Below are positions 30,440-40,341 of a DNA stretch of 64,000 bases, in pieces. Source of the stretch: Deltaproteobacteria bacterium (GTDB lineage: Bacteria; Myxococcota; JACRCW01); contig JACRCW010000039.1 of NCBI GenBank assembly GCA_016218805.1, positions 1 through 64,000 on the forward strand, given 5' to 3'. How positions within the stretch are numbered: position 1 is the stretch's first letter; each line of letters opens with the position of its first letter. The notes under the pieces were generated by a model. That model was not told where the DNA came from and did no database searches. It worked only from the letters and a program-made list of their open reading frames with translations. The translations under genes and the position numbers were made by a program.

Positions 30440-31543
30440 CTACGGCAGCAGGATGGCGGTGACCACGCCCGCGGTCACCATGATGGCGCCGTAGATGAGA
30501 AACAGCGGCGCAATGCCGAACAACACGTACGACCCGATCTCAAACGCGCGTCCACGCGTGACCATGGAGGAGATCTCGTCCGGCGCGTGCGGGCGGGCAT
30601 TCAACGTGTTGCGCAATTCAATGGCACGCAGCAGGAGCAGCACGCCGGTGATGATGGCCGGCGGAGCAATGAACGGCGCCCACCCGCCAAGCGCCAGCGT
30701 GGCGAGCACCACCCCAACGCGCGGTCCCGCGCCGACGCGCTTGCCCTTCTGCGGCGGGGGCGTTGGCTGGAAGGCGCCCAGGCGGTTGGGGTCCGGGACG
30801 GCGTCCGCATCCTGGTAACCCGGGCCGCCGCCGCCACCCCGGGGTGCGGGCGGAGTATCCAGCCGGGGCTGGGGAGGCGGGGCCTGCGGGGGCGGGGCCG
30901 CCGGTGCCGGCGCCTGGGGGACCACAATGATCGTCTGGCTGCGCGGCGTCTCCTCGGGGGCGGGCTTGGCGGGCTCCGGCTGGGCGGCGGGTGCGGGCGC
31001 CGGGGCGGGTTCCGGCTCGGGTGGTGGCGCGGCCTTCTTGGGCGGCTCAGGCAACTTGTCAATCTTGGCGGCCTTGGCCAGCCGCAGGGCGGCGCGCGCA
31101 GCCACGGGCGGCAGGGATTCCTCCTCAAAGCCGGCCTTTTCGGACTGCATGCCCACCAGGCGGCTCTGTTCCGCGTCAAACAGGCGGATGGCAATCACGC
31201 GTTCCTTGCCCACGGCGGTGAGCTGCGCGGCCAGGACATAGCGCGCCTTCACCGCGCGCCCGGCGTTGGCGGCGCAGGAGATGTCCTGGCAGCGCAGCAC
31301 GCCCACGTCAGACACGCCGGCACGGGCGGCGGCGTCCTCCATCAGGTGCACCTCCGCGCCGGGCGCGGCCGAGGCCATTTCGGATTGCAGCAAACCGGCC
31401 AGGGCCACGGTGTCATTGCCGCGCGCGCGCGCGTCCACCACCGGGGCCAGCACCACCACCAGCGGCTTGACGGGTGGGTCCGCCGCCGCCGGCGGGGCGG
31501 CCAGCACAATCCCCGCCATCCCAATGAGAAGAGCGTTGATCAT
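30440..31543 (-). CDS. Secreted/membrane hypothetical protein with Pro-rich linker and C-terminal TM segments
   Basis: Signal peptide, C.DI.C domain, PEPEPAP linker, hydrophobic C-terminus. Confidence 0.7.
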   Translation of the reverse strand: MINALLIGMAGIVLAAPPAAADPPVKPLVVVLAPVVDARARGNDTVALAGLLQSEMASAAPGAEVHLMEDAAARAGVSDVGVLRCQDISCAANAGRAVKARYVLAAQLTAVGKERVIAIRLFDAEQSRLVGMQSEKAGFEEESLPPVAARAALRLAKAAKIDKLPEPPKKAAPPPEPEPAPAPAPAAQPEPAKPAPEETPRSQTIIVVPQAPAPAAPPPQAPPPQPRLDTPPAPRGGGGGPGYQDADAVPDPNRLGAFQPTPPPQKGKRVGAGPRVGVVLATLALGGWAPFIAPPAIITGVLLLLRAIELRNTLNARPHAPDEISSMVTRGRAFEIGSYVLFGIAPLFLIYGAIMVTAGVVTAILLP

Positions 31544-31983
31544 GGCACGCACACTCCCAGGTCAAACGAGTTGCCGGCATCCGGGTAGACCACCCCGCCG
31601 TCAATCTGGCCGGTGCGGAGATCCTCGCACACCTGCCCACCAGGGCAGCCTGACGGGGACGCGTTGCGGCTGCACTGCTGGCGGCACACGGGCTTGCCGC
31701 AGTCATCCGGGTGGCACAGCAGCGTACCGTTGCAGCCGGTGGGGCTGGTGCCGGTGATGGGAAAGCACTCACCGCCCATCTCGCCCTGGGTGATGCTCTC
31801 GGGGGACCCCGGCTTGCAGGTCCCTGACTTGCACGCCTGGCCGGACGGGCAGTGACAATCCGCGCGGCAGGGCAGGTCCTTGTCAGACACCAGGCAGCCC
31901 GTGGCGCCGAGCAGCGCGGAGAGGGCCAGGGCGATCAGCGGGTTCCGCAACCGCCCCGGGCCTGTGCTAGTGAGCGCTCCCAT
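31540..31983 (-). CDS. Small Cys-rich lipoprotein
   Basis: ATGC lipobox, CRADCHCPSGQAC..C and further Cys pairs. Start uncertain. Confidence 0.65.
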   Translation of the reverse strand: MGALTSTGPGRLRNPLIALALSALLGATGCLVSDKDLPCRADCHCPSGQACKSGTCKPGSPESITQGEMGGECFPITGTSPTGCNGTLLCHPDDCGKPVCRQQCSRNASPSGCPGGQVCEDLRTGQIDGGVVYPDAGNSFDLGVCVP

Positions 31984-32686
31984 GAACGTTTCCTCGCGAC
32001 TTCACGTGTTCGGGTTGATGCTTGTCGCACAGGCCTGCTCGTTCAGCAACGCCCCGTTTTTCCCGCCCTACGCGGTGGATATTGACGTGGTGGACCCGCT
32101 GGCCGTGACGGCGGACAAGGGCCTCAGGCGCGTGTTCAACCGCGGCAGCATTGAGCTCATCAATACGGTGGGCTCGTGCACCGTGCAGTTGAAGCTGGGC
32201 CAGTGCAACAACGGCGAGGAGGTGTGGGTGAACCTCCGCGCGCTGCCCAATGACCCGGCCTGCCGCAGCCGCTGCACCTGCTCGCCGTCCGTGTGGGCCC
32301 GGCTGCAGGCGGCGGAAGGCCGGTCCCTGGCGCTGGCGGAATCCGACCAGTTCACGCGCACCGGGTCAGGCGTGTACGCGGAGGTGATGGCCGGGGCCAT
32401 GCTGGACGTGGACGGCAACGGGGTGGTGGACAAGCACTCGGATGAGAACCGCATTGCCACGGCGCCGTTGACGGTGGGCAAGGTGCAGGTGCACCGGGCC
32501 ACGGATGCGCCGGACAGCTCCACAGCCTGGCCGCCCTTTGGCGAGTTCTACGCAGACCTGGAGGCATCCTTCCCCGGCGTGGGGTACGTGCGCGGCCGGG
32601 TGGACGCCGCGGTGGAGGCCACGGACGGCACGCCGGTGGGGCCGCGGTGCAACTGGGAAGTGGAGCAGTTGCAGGAAGACAACTGA
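31982..32686 (+). CDS. Hypothetical lipoprotein
   Basis: AQAC lipobox, DVDGNG motif, good coding bias. Start uncertain. Confidence 0.6.
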   Translation: MNVSSRLHVFGLMLVAQACSFSNAPFFPPYAVDIDVVDPLAVTADKGLRRVFNRGSIELINTVGSCTVQLKLGQCNNGEEVWVNLRALPNDPACRSRCTCSPSVWARLQAAEGRSLALAESDQFTRTGSGVYAEVMAGAMLDVDGNGVVDKHSDENRIATAPLTVGKVQVHRATDAPDSSTAWPPFGEFYADLEASFPGVGYVRGRVDAAVEATDGTPVGPRCNWEVEQLQEDN

Positions 32687-32692
32687 TTCCAA

Positions 32693-34393
32693 TCAGCCCG
32701 GACCGGCCGCGCGGGGCGTCTCCCGGAACACCGCCACGCCCTTGCGGACCATGTCCTTCACCACCCATTCCACAATGAGCGGGCTTTCGCCCGTTTCCGC
32801 CATCACCGCGCCGGGCGAGCTGCCGCGCGCCAGGTGCTCCAGCACCGCGGGGGGAATGCCGGTGGTGACGCGCTCATACAGGGCCATCAGCTCGGGGTGG
32901 ATGTTCAGGCCTTCGCCCTGCAGCATGAGCTTCTCGCGGACCTCGTCGTCGTGCGCGTTGGCGCGCTCGCACGCGGCGTCCAGCTGCGCGCGGGGGTCCT
33001 GCGCCGGGCCGTCAGGAGGCACCTGCAGCGGGTCAAACACAAACGCCGCGCCGCGCATCCGCACGTACGCCTCCAGCGCGTCCTGGCCGGTCAGCGTGGT
33101 GATGTCCGCGGTGGCACCCGCGGTCACCAGTTGGCCGCCGCGGAAGCCCAGCACCGCGTGCGTCCACGCGTCCCGTGCGTGCAGGGTGCCCGTCAGCCCC
33201 TGGTAGGACAGCGCCAGGACCAGGTTGAGCGGCCCCACGTGGTCCAGCCGCCCATCCAGCCGGCAGCCCGGGCCCGCCGCGGTCCAGACCAGCGCGTGCC
33301 GCGCCAGGCAGTCCGTCACCGCCTTCATGAGCTGGTCACCCTTGATGCCCTTGGCCAGGTACGCGTCGGCCCCGGCGCCCACCTGCCGCAGCTTGTCGCG
33401 GTACTCGTCGTGGCAGGACAGCAGCAGGAACGGCACCTCGCGCAGCCGGTGGTCATCCCGGACCAGGCGGAGAAGCGCCCAGCCGTCCACGTCCGGCATC
33501 ATGATGTCACTGATGATGGCCATGGGCCGGACGCGCAGGGCCTCCTCTAGGCCCCGCTGGCCATTGTCCGCGCGGGACACCTCCAGCCCCGCGCGCTGCA
33601 GGAACTTGCAGGCAATCTCCAGCAGCGCCGTGTCGTCGTCCACCACCAGCACCCGCGTGGGCGGCGGCGGGCGCGGCGCCCCCGCGCCCGGGACCACCTC
33701 CACGGCGGAGAATGCCGGGCTGGCGCCCGCCGCCTGCGGCTGCGGCGGCGCCATGGCCACGGAGGACGCATCATCCGGAACGGGCTGCCAGAAGAACGCC
33801 AGCACTTCGCCCTGGCCCAGGACGCGCTGCGCGGCGGGTTCACCCTGCTCACCGCCGTACTGCGCAAACCCCAGCGCCCCCTGCTGCACCATGAGGTGCG
33901 CGCGCCCCCCCACCGTGTCCACGGTGAGCAGTCCGCTGCGGCGCGTGCGGGACACAAACTCCCACAACCGCCGCAGGCTCCAGGCGTTGAGCGCCGCCGG
34001 CTGGCTGGGGGGCGGACGGGACAGCAGGCACAGCGTACGCGCGCGTTCGGCCAGCGCCGCGGGGGTCAGCGGCTGCTCCAGGATGTCCGCCACCCCGCCG
34101 GCCAGCAGCCCACCCGCCAGGTTGTCATCCAGCTTCTGGGGCAGCAGGAGCACCGGGTAGGCCGGCGGCTGGCCGCCCAGGGCCGCCAGCACCGTGGCAC
34201 CGGACGGATCCGTGCCCCAGGAATCAGCCACCACCACGGTGCGCTCCGGGCTGGCGCCGGAAGTGGCCGCCGTGGCCTCGGCCAGCACCAGCGGGGCCTG
34301 CGTGCCGCCGTGAACCAGGAAACCCGCCTCGGACAGGACCCGCTGCAACGCCGCCAGCCGTTGAGGATCCGCGCTGTAGACCCACGCTTTCAT
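32693..34393 (-). CDS. Response regulator: degenerate REC, DUF4388-like, canonical REC, DUF4388-like
   Basis: RVLVVDDD, IISDIMMPDVDG and AYLAK in the central REC; SRTRRSGLLTV and QGLTGTLH segments. Confidence 0.85.
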   Translation of the reverse strand: MKAWVYSADPQRLAALQRVLSEAGFLVHGGTQAPLVLAEATAATSGASPERTVVVADSWGTDPSGATVLAALGGQPPAYPVLLLPQKLDDNLAGGLLAGGVADILEQPLTPAALAERARTLCLLSRPPPSQPAALNAWSLRRLWEFVSRTRRSGLLTVDTVGGRAHLMVQQGALGFAQYGGEQGEPAAQRVLGQGEVLAFFWQPVPDDASSVAMAPPQPQAAGASPAFSAVEVVPGAGAPRPPPPTRVLVVDDDTALLEIACKFLQRAGLEVSRADNGQRGLEEALRVRPMAIISDIMMPDVDGWALLRLVRDDHRLREVPFLLLSCHDEYRDKLRQVGAGADAYLAKGIKGDQLMKAVTDCLARHALVWTAAGPGCRLDGRLDHVGPLNLVLALSYQGLTGTLHARDAWTHAVLGFRGGQLVTAGATADITTLTGQDALEAYVRMRGAAFVFDPLQVPPDGPAQDPRAQLDAACERANAHDDEVREKLMLQGEGLNIHPELMALYERVTTGIPPAVLEHLARGSSPGAVMAETGESPLIVEWVVKDMVRKGVAVFRETPRAAGPG

Positions 34394-34617
34394 GCGCCCA
34401 ACCTGTGCAGACGCGGCCGGCGCACGCAAGTTTGCCGCCGGGGTCCCACACCGGCCCACATTCCGCGGGAGGATAACGGGGTCACAAACTTGCGCTGCCG
34501 AGGGCCTTCAGTGGAACATGCCCGCTGACGTCCGGCTGGATCACCCGCAGCCCCTTCCGGGGCGCGCGGGCGGGGCGTGGGTTGCTGGGACTGCAGGGGT
34601 CACCCCCAAGGGGCTGA

Positions 34618-36708
34618 ATGTTGTTCAGCATCGTCATCAACGAAAAAGGTGGCCAGCCCCGTGTCATGGAGTTTGACAAGGGGGAGGTGACGATTGGCCG
34701 GGTGGCCGGCAACGACATCGTCCTTCCCAAGGGGAACATCTCCAAGCGGCACAGCCGGATTGTCCAGAAGGACGGGAAGTTCATTGTCGTTGACCTGAAG
34801 TCCACCAACGGCACGTATGTGAACGGCAAGAAGATCACCGCGCCGCAGGTCATCAAGGACGCGGACAAGATCTACGTGGGCGACTTCACGCTCACCATTG
34901 AACCGGCGGGCGCCGCGGGCGCCGCCGCCGACGCGCACGCCGCGCCACCGGCCGCCGCTGCCGCCCGGCCGGCCGCGGGGGGCAGGCCGCCGCGGGCCCC
35001 GGAACCGGAAGAGGAAGATCCTTTCGACAACATTGACGATGCGGGCAGCGGCCAGGCGGCCGCGTCTGCGGACCTGGACGCGGGCGCGGAGCCCGTTCTG
35101 GAGCCGGAGCCGGAACCCGAGCCCGAGCCGGAACCCGAGCCCGCTGGCGAACCCGACGCGGCGCCGGAGGATTTTGGTGCCGACCAGTTTGACGAGGACT
35201 TTGAGGCGGCGGTGGCCAAGGAGCCACCCCCGCCGCCGCCCCCGCCGCCCGCCGCGCGCGCCCAGCCCAAGCCCTCCCCGGCGCCGGTGAAGCCGGCCCC
35301 GGAGCCCGTCAAACCGGTGGTGCAGGCCAAACCCGAACCCAAGAAGCCTGGCCCCGCCCCCAAGGCCGCCGCCGCACACACGCCGGCCCCGCCGGCCCAC
35401 CCGCTGCCGCGCCATCCCAAGGAACAGGCGGCCGCCCTGTCCCAGGCGTCCGGCGCCGCACGGGACCTGCACAACGCGCTGGTGATGTGGATGGAGGAGC
35501 AGGGCGTGGACCCCACGTTGCTGCCGGACCAGGAGCTGCAGACGCGCGTCAAGGAAGGCGTGGACGAATGCCTGGGCCGCGTGGAGATGCAGCTGCCCAA
35601 GGGCTACACGCCGGAGACGGTGGGTGAGGTTGTTGCCAGTGAGGTGGCCGGCGGCGGCGCCCTGGATGAACTGCTGGCGGACGAATCCGTGGACGAGCTG
35701 TTTGTCAACGGGCCGCAGTACGTCTGCGCGGTCAAGGGCGGACACGCGCACCTGACCACGCGGTTCTTTTCGTCTGAGAACGCACTGGCCAATGCCATCC
35801 ACCGCGTGTTGGCCCGCTCCGGCGTGCGGGTGGAGGACACGCCGCTGCTGGACGTGCGCCTCAAGGACGGTTCCAAGCTGGTGGCCGTGATGGACCCGGT
35901 GGCGCCCACCGGCCCGCTTTTGACCTGGCGGCGCGGCCGGCGCGCGCTGGCCAACGCGGAGGAACTGACCCGGCAGGGCGTGCTGAGCCAGGCCATGGTG
36001 GAGTTCCTGCAGACGGCGGTGGCCGCGCGCAAGAACATTGTTGTGGCGGGAGCGGCCGGCGCGGGAAAGACGGGACTGGTGGGCGCGCTGGGCGCGCTGG
36101 TGCCGGACTCGGAGCGCATCATTGTGGTGGAGGACGCGGGCGAGGTGGTGTTGCCGCAGCCGCAGGTGGCGCACCTGGAGACGCGCCCGCCGCGCGCGGA
36201 CGGCGCCGGCGGCGTGGACCTCACCGCGCTGGTGCGCGCGGCGCTGCGCATGCAACCGGACCGGCTGGTGGCCGGCGAGTGCCGTGGCGGCGAAGCGCTC
36301 CCGCTGCTGCAGGCGATGAGCGCCGGCCAGGACGGCACGCTGCTCACGGTGCATGCGCACAGCCCGCGTGACTGCCTGGCCCGCCTGGAGATGATGGTGA
36401 TGATGGGCGGCCAGGACCTCCCGGTGAAGGCGGTGCGTGAGCTCATTGCCAATGCGGTGGACGTCATTGTGATGATCACGCGCTTTGGGGACGGGTCCCG
36501 GCGCGTCACGCAGGTGTGCGAAGTCAGCGGCATGGAGGTGGACATCATCACCATGCAGGACATCTTCACCTTCAAGCGCGAAGGCGCCGACGACAACGGC
36601 GCCGGGAAGGGCCGGTTTCTGGCCACCGGGTTTGTCCCGCGCTTCTATGAGGACCTGCAGCAGCGCGGCCTCAGCCCCAACATGGGCATCTTCCGCGAAG
36701 ACGGCTGA
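34618..36708 (+). CDS. FHA-domain CpaF/TadA family pilus assembly ATPase
   Basis: FHA motif IGR...NDIVL....SKRH...DLKSTNGT; Walker A GAAGAGKT; LRMQPDRLVAGECRG; TVHAHS. Confidence 0.9.
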   Translation: MLFSIVINEKGGQPRVMEFDKGEVTIGRVAGNDIVLPKGNISKRHSRIVQKDGKFIVVDLKSTNGTYVNGKKITAPQVIKDADKIYVGDFTLTIEPAGAAGAAADAHAAPPAAAAARPAAGGRPPRAPEPEEEDPFDNIDDAGSGQAAASADLDAGAEPVLEPEPEPEPEPEPEPAGEPDAAPEDFGADQFDEDFEAAVAKEPPPPPPPPPAARAQPKPSPAPVKPAPEPVKPVVQAKPEPKKPGPAPKAAAAHTPAPPAHPLPRHPKEQAAALSQASGAARDLHNALVMWMEEQGVDPTLLPDQELQTRVKEGVDECLGRVEMQLPKGYTPETVGEVVASEVAGGGALDELLADESVDELFVNGPQYVCAVKGGHAHLTTRFFSSENALANAIHRVLARSGVRVEDTPLLDVRLKDGSKLVAVMDPVAPTGPLLTWRRGRRALANAEELTRQGVLSQAMVEFLQTAVAARKNIVVAGAAGAGKTGLVGALGALVPDSERIIVVEDAGEVVLPQPQVAHLETRPPRADGAGGVDLTALVRAALRMQPDRLVAGECRGGEALPLLQAMSAGQDGTLLTVHAHSPRDCLARLEMMVMMGGQDLPVKAVRELIANAVDVIVMITRFGDGSRRVTQVCEVSGMEVDIITMQDIFTFKREGADDNGAGKGRFLATGFVPRFYEDLQQRGLSPNMGIFREDG

Positions 36709-36717
36709 ACCACCCCG

Positions 36718-37368
36718 TCAGCCCCTGCCCGCTTTGGCCTTCATGGCTGCCAGCCGGTCCTCCAGGCTGCCCTCCCCGCCGGCCAGTTCCCGCTGCGCCT
36801 CCGCGCGGGCTTCGTCATGTTCAATGCGCTCCTCCATGCGGCCAAACGTGTCAAACGCGCTGGTATCCCCAACGTGGTCCTTGCCCGGCCGCCCCGCGGC
36901 GGTGGCCTCCTGCCGCTGCCGGGCCGCCTCCGCCTTGGCCAGGCGCTGCTTGAGTTCGTCGCGGCGCGCCTTGGCCGCCAGGATGCCGCGGTCCATCTCC
37001 TTGATGGACTCACCCAGCTCGGAGAGCGCGCGCCCCTGGTCCGCCACGCCCCTGGCCAGCTCCCCCGCCAGCGCGTCCACGCGCTCCTTCTCCGTGAGCG
37101 CCGCGCGCGCCACCTCCTCCTTGCCCTGCCCCACCGCGGCCACGGCCGCCTTCTCCAGCTGCGCGGAGCGCTCCTGCTGCGCCGCCAGCTGCTTGTGGGC
37201 CAGCTTCAGCGCCGTGGCCACCTCCAGCTGGGTGCTGGCCACCTTGCGGCGCTGCTGCTCCATGTCCGTGACCGCCTGGTCCAGCTGCTTGCGGGGATCC
37301 TCCGCGTCAGCCAACGCCGCGTTGGTGTTGGACTTGATGAGGTTGCCCAACCGCCCAAGGATTCCCAT
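36718..37368 (-). CDS. pspA: PspA/IM30 family protein
   Basis: MGILGRLGNLIKSN...AEDPRKQLDQ; AFDTFGRMEERI. Confidence 0.88.
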   Translation of the reverse strand: MGILGRLGNLIKSNTNAALADAEDPRKQLDQAVTDMEQQRRKVASTQLEVATALKLAHKQLAAQQERSAQLEKAAVAAVGQGKEEVARAALTEKERVDALAGELARGVADQGRALSELGESIKEMDRGILAAKARRDELKQRLAKAEAARQRQEATAAGRPGKDHVGDTSAFDTFGRMEERIEHDEARAEAQRELAGGEGSLEDRLAAMKAKAGRG

Positions 37369-37448
37369 GGCTCCGCCTCCGCCGCGCCATGCTACCCGCG
37401 CCCGCCGTTGACGGCGACCATGCCGCGCCGTACCGCAACTGCTCCGTC

Positions 37449-38468
37449 ATGCCGCGCATTGGACCGTTTGCCGCCCGCAACCCCTTCATCCTGGCACCCA
37501 TGGCCGGCGTGAGTGAGCTGCCGTTCCGCGTGCTGGCCCTGGAGATGGGCGCGGCGCTGGCGCCCACGGAGCTCATCAGCGCCAAGGGGCTGGAGTACCT
37601 CAACCGCCGCACGCGGGAGTACCTGCGGCATGCGCCCGTGGAGCAACCGTTCTGGGTGCAGCTGTTTGGCGGCGAACCGCGCGGCATGGCCATTGCCGCG
37701 GAACGCGCCGTGGCGGCGGGGGCGCACATGCTCGACGTGAACATGGGCTGCCCGGTGAAGAAGGTCACCAAGACGGGCGCAGGCAGCGCCTTGCTGGGTG
37801 ACCCCGCGCGGGCCGCGCTGATCATCACGGAGATGCGCCGCGCCGTGGGTGACCGCGTCCCCGTGACGGCAAAGCTCCGCTCCGGCTGGGACAGCACGTC
37901 CATTGGCTGTGTGGACCTGGCGCGGCAGCTGGAGGACGCTGGCGCAGCCGCGGTGGCGCTGCACGCGCGCACACGTGCGCAGGGGTACGGCGGGCGCGCG
38001 GACTGGTCACTCATTGCACAGCTCAAGCGCGCGGTGCGCATTCCCGTCATTGGCAACGGTGACGTCATGAGCGTGGCGGATGCCCGGCGGATGCTGGAGA
38101 CCACCGGGTGTGACTTTGTCATGGTGGGGCGCGGCGCGCTGGGCAATCCGTGGATCTTCCGCGCGCTGGCGGCGGGCGTGGACGCGGGACCGCCCGCGGC
38201 GGCGGAGCGGCTCACCGTCATCCTCCGCCACCTCGGTGAGCACATCGCTTTCCACGGGGACCAGGGCCGCGCAGTGCGCTCGTTCCGGCCGCACCTGGTC
38301 TGGTACAGCAAGGGCGTGCGGGGTGGGGCGGCGTTCCGCGAACACGTCATGCAACTGGACGGCGCGGAGGCGGTGCGGGACGCGTGCGCGCGGTTCTTCC
38401 GGGACGCCGTGGTGTCCGGGGAGCCCGAGCCCGACGACGGCGTGGACTACGCGACTGCACTGGGGTGA
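37449..38468 (+). CDS. dusB: tRNA-dihydrouridine synthase
   Basis: LAPMAGVS, DVNMGCPVKKV, HARTRAQ, GNGDV, GRGALGNPWIF. Confidence 0.92.
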   Translation: MPRIGPFAARNPFILAPMAGVSELPFRVLALEMGAALAPTELISAKGLEYLNRRTREYLRHAPVEQPFWVQLFGGEPRGMAIAAERAVAAGAHMLDVNMGCPVKKVTKTGAGSALLGDPARAALIITEMRRAVGDRVPVTAKLRSGWDSTSIGCVDLARQLEDAGAAAVALHARTRAQGYGGRADWSLIAQLKRAVRIPVIGNGDVMSVADARRMLETTGCDFVMVGRGALGNPWIFRALAAGVDAGPPAAAERLTVILRHLGEHIAFHGDQGRAVRSFRPHLVWYSKGVRGGAAFREHVMQLDGAEAVRDACARFFRDAVVSGEPEPDDGVDYATALG

Positions 38469-38499
38469 CCCCGGGGTCCGTGCCACGGCACCAGAAACG

Positions 38500-38539
38500 C
38501 CGCGCCCCGCCACTTCCTTGACGGAAGCCCGGGGCGCGG
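38500..38539. terminator. Possible hairpin terminator between convergent dusB and peroxiredoxin genes
   Basis: CCGCGCCCCG/CGGGGCGCGG outer stem and CTTCC/GGAAG inner stem; no clear U-tract. Confidence 0.4.
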
Positions 38540-38569
38540 ACGGCGTGCGCGGCCTGACGCCGCGGGCGC

Positions 38570-39160
38570 TCACTTCTGGCTGGACAGGTAGCTCGCCACG
38601 CCCGTTGCGGTCGGGTTCATGGTCTTTTCGCCCTCGTGCCATTCGGCGGGGCACACCTGGTCACCGTGCTCATCCACAAACTTCACCGCGTCCAGCGTGC
38701 GCAGCGTCTCCGTCACGGACCGGCCAATGGGCAGGTCATTGACGTGCGCGGTGCGCACCACGCCCTTCTTGTCAATGATGAACGTGCCGCGCAGCGCCAC
38801 GTCCCCGCCGTCCACCAGCACGCCGTAATCCCGCGCGATGTTCTTGTTGAGGTCTGCAATGAGCGGGTAGCTGATGCCGCCGATTCCGCCCTTGTCCTTG
38901 GTGGTGTTGCGCCACGCGTAGTGCGTGTGCTTGCTGTCCACGCTGCATCCCAGCACCACGGCGCCGCGCTTCTCAAAGTCCTTCACGTGCTTGTCAAACG
39001 CGAGGATCTCCGTGGGGCACACAAAGGTGAAATCCAGGGGATAGAAGAACAGCACCACGTACTTGCCGCGGTACTGCTCCAGGCTGACGTCCTGGAACTC
39101 ATTGTTGGGCATCACTGCGGTGGCCTTGAAAGCGGGGGCTTGTTTCTGGACGAGGCTCAT
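38570..39160 (-). CDS. ahpC: 2-Cys peroxiredoxin, AhpC/TSA family
   Basis: FFYPLDFTFVCPTE and VCPAEW. Confidence 0.93.
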   Translation of the reverse strand: MSLVQKQAPAFKATAVMPNNEFQDVSLEQYRGKYVVLFFYPLDFTFVCPTEILAFDKHVKDFEKRGAVVLGCSVDSKHTHYAWRNTTKDKGGIGGISYPLIADLNKNIARDYGVLVDGGDVALRGTFIIDKKGVVRTAHVNDLPIGRSVTETLRTLDAVKFVDEHGDQVCPAEWHEGEKTMNPTATGVASYLSSQK

Positions 39161-39290
39161 GAACCGTTCCTTTCCGGTGTGGTCTGAGGTCTTGGTAGCC
39201 GGCGTCTTAACGGCCGACAGGGTGCGTGCAAGCGGACTCCCCTCCGCGGAGGCGCGCGGGCTGCATGGGTAGGGCACACCTACCAGGGTG

Positions 39291-40331
39291 TCAATGTGGC
39301 CGTTTCTCAGCGTCTGGACGCGGAGTTTCCGCCTTGTGCGGTGCCGTGGGCGCGCTGGGGAAACCCCAGGCGCGGGCACGGACCGTGAGTGCAACGACTC
39401 CGTCCCGGCACTGCACCAGCAGCGTGGTGCCGGACCAGACGTGGTCCACGGGCAACGTCTTGCCCGGCTCAAACCCCTGCGCGTCCACCACGTCCACGCG
39501 GTCATGGCCCACCTGCGCCCAGAGCGGCACCCACAGGCTGACGCCACGGACAAAGTTGAACACCGCGCGCGCGTCGCGGTCGAACCGCACGCGCAGGTCC
39601 TCCCCCTCCGGGCGCGGGCTGCGGAACGCGCGCGCCAACTCCTGCCGCGTGGGCTGCGCCGTGCCGCGGAACAGGTCCCACACGCCCTGCACCATCATCT
39701 CCGCGCCCTCGCGCGCCATGGCGGACACCAGCGCGGGACCGCGCAGTCCGTCGGGCATGGGCAGGCGCCGCTGCTGCAGGATGTCTCCGTCGTCTTCGCC
39801 GGGGGCCAGCAGGTGCAGCGTGAGCCCGGTCTCCGGCAGCGCGTCATGGAACGTCCAGAACAGCGGTGCCGGGCCGCGGTACGCGGGCAACAGCGACGGG
39901 TGGAGGTTCACCGCTCCCAGCCGCGGCAGCGCCAGCAGGCCGCGGCGGAACAGCTGGTTGAAGAACGCCACGCAGTACACGTCCGCGTCCAGCCGGCGCA
40001 GCACCGCCAGCGCGCGCGACGCGGACGCGTCCCCGACGAGAAAACACGGAATGCGCAGCTCTTCGGCCAGCTCAAAGGGGTCATCCGGCACCGTGCCGTC
40101 CGCGCTGGCCGGTGGACCACGGCCGTGCCACAGGTGCCACCACGCCGCCCGCACGCGCGTCATCAGACCCGGCACGCGCGTGGCCACGTTGGTGCGCCGC
40201 AGCGCCACCCCGCCAATGGGCTTCACCACGGCCACCACCTCCGCGCCGCTGCGCAGCAGCGCCAGCAGCGGGCGCGAGGAGAACTCACTGTCCATGCCGA
40301 AATACACAACGCGGGGCCGGTCCCTGCCCAT
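39291..40331 (-). CDS. Formyltransferase (Fmt-like fold), substrate unknown
   Basis: NLHPSLLPAYRGPAP and GLTLH....EDDGDIL. Confidence 0.8.
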   Translation of the reverse strand: MGRDRPRVVYFGMDSEFSSRPLLALLRSGAEVVAVVKPIGGVALRRTNVATRVPGLMTRVRAAWWHLWHGRGPPASADGTVPDDPFELAEELRIPCFLVGDASASRALAVLRRLDADVYCVAFFNQLFRRGLLALPRLGAVNLHPSLLPAYRGPAPLFWTFHDALPETGLTLHLLAPGEDDGDILQQRRLPMPDGLRGPALVSAMAREGAEMMVQGVWDLFRGTAQPTRQELARAFRSPRPEGEDLRVRFDRDARAVFNFVRGVSLWVPLWAQVGHDRVDVVDAQGFEPGKTLPVDHVWSGTTLLVQCRDGVVALTVRARAWGFPSAPTAPHKAETPRPDAEKRPH

Positions 40332-40341
40332 GGCGGCGCCC

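Noticed and set aside
35100..35142. Tandem GAGCCG/GAACCC repeats
   Set aside because: They encode the (PE)n linker of the FHA-CpaF protein.
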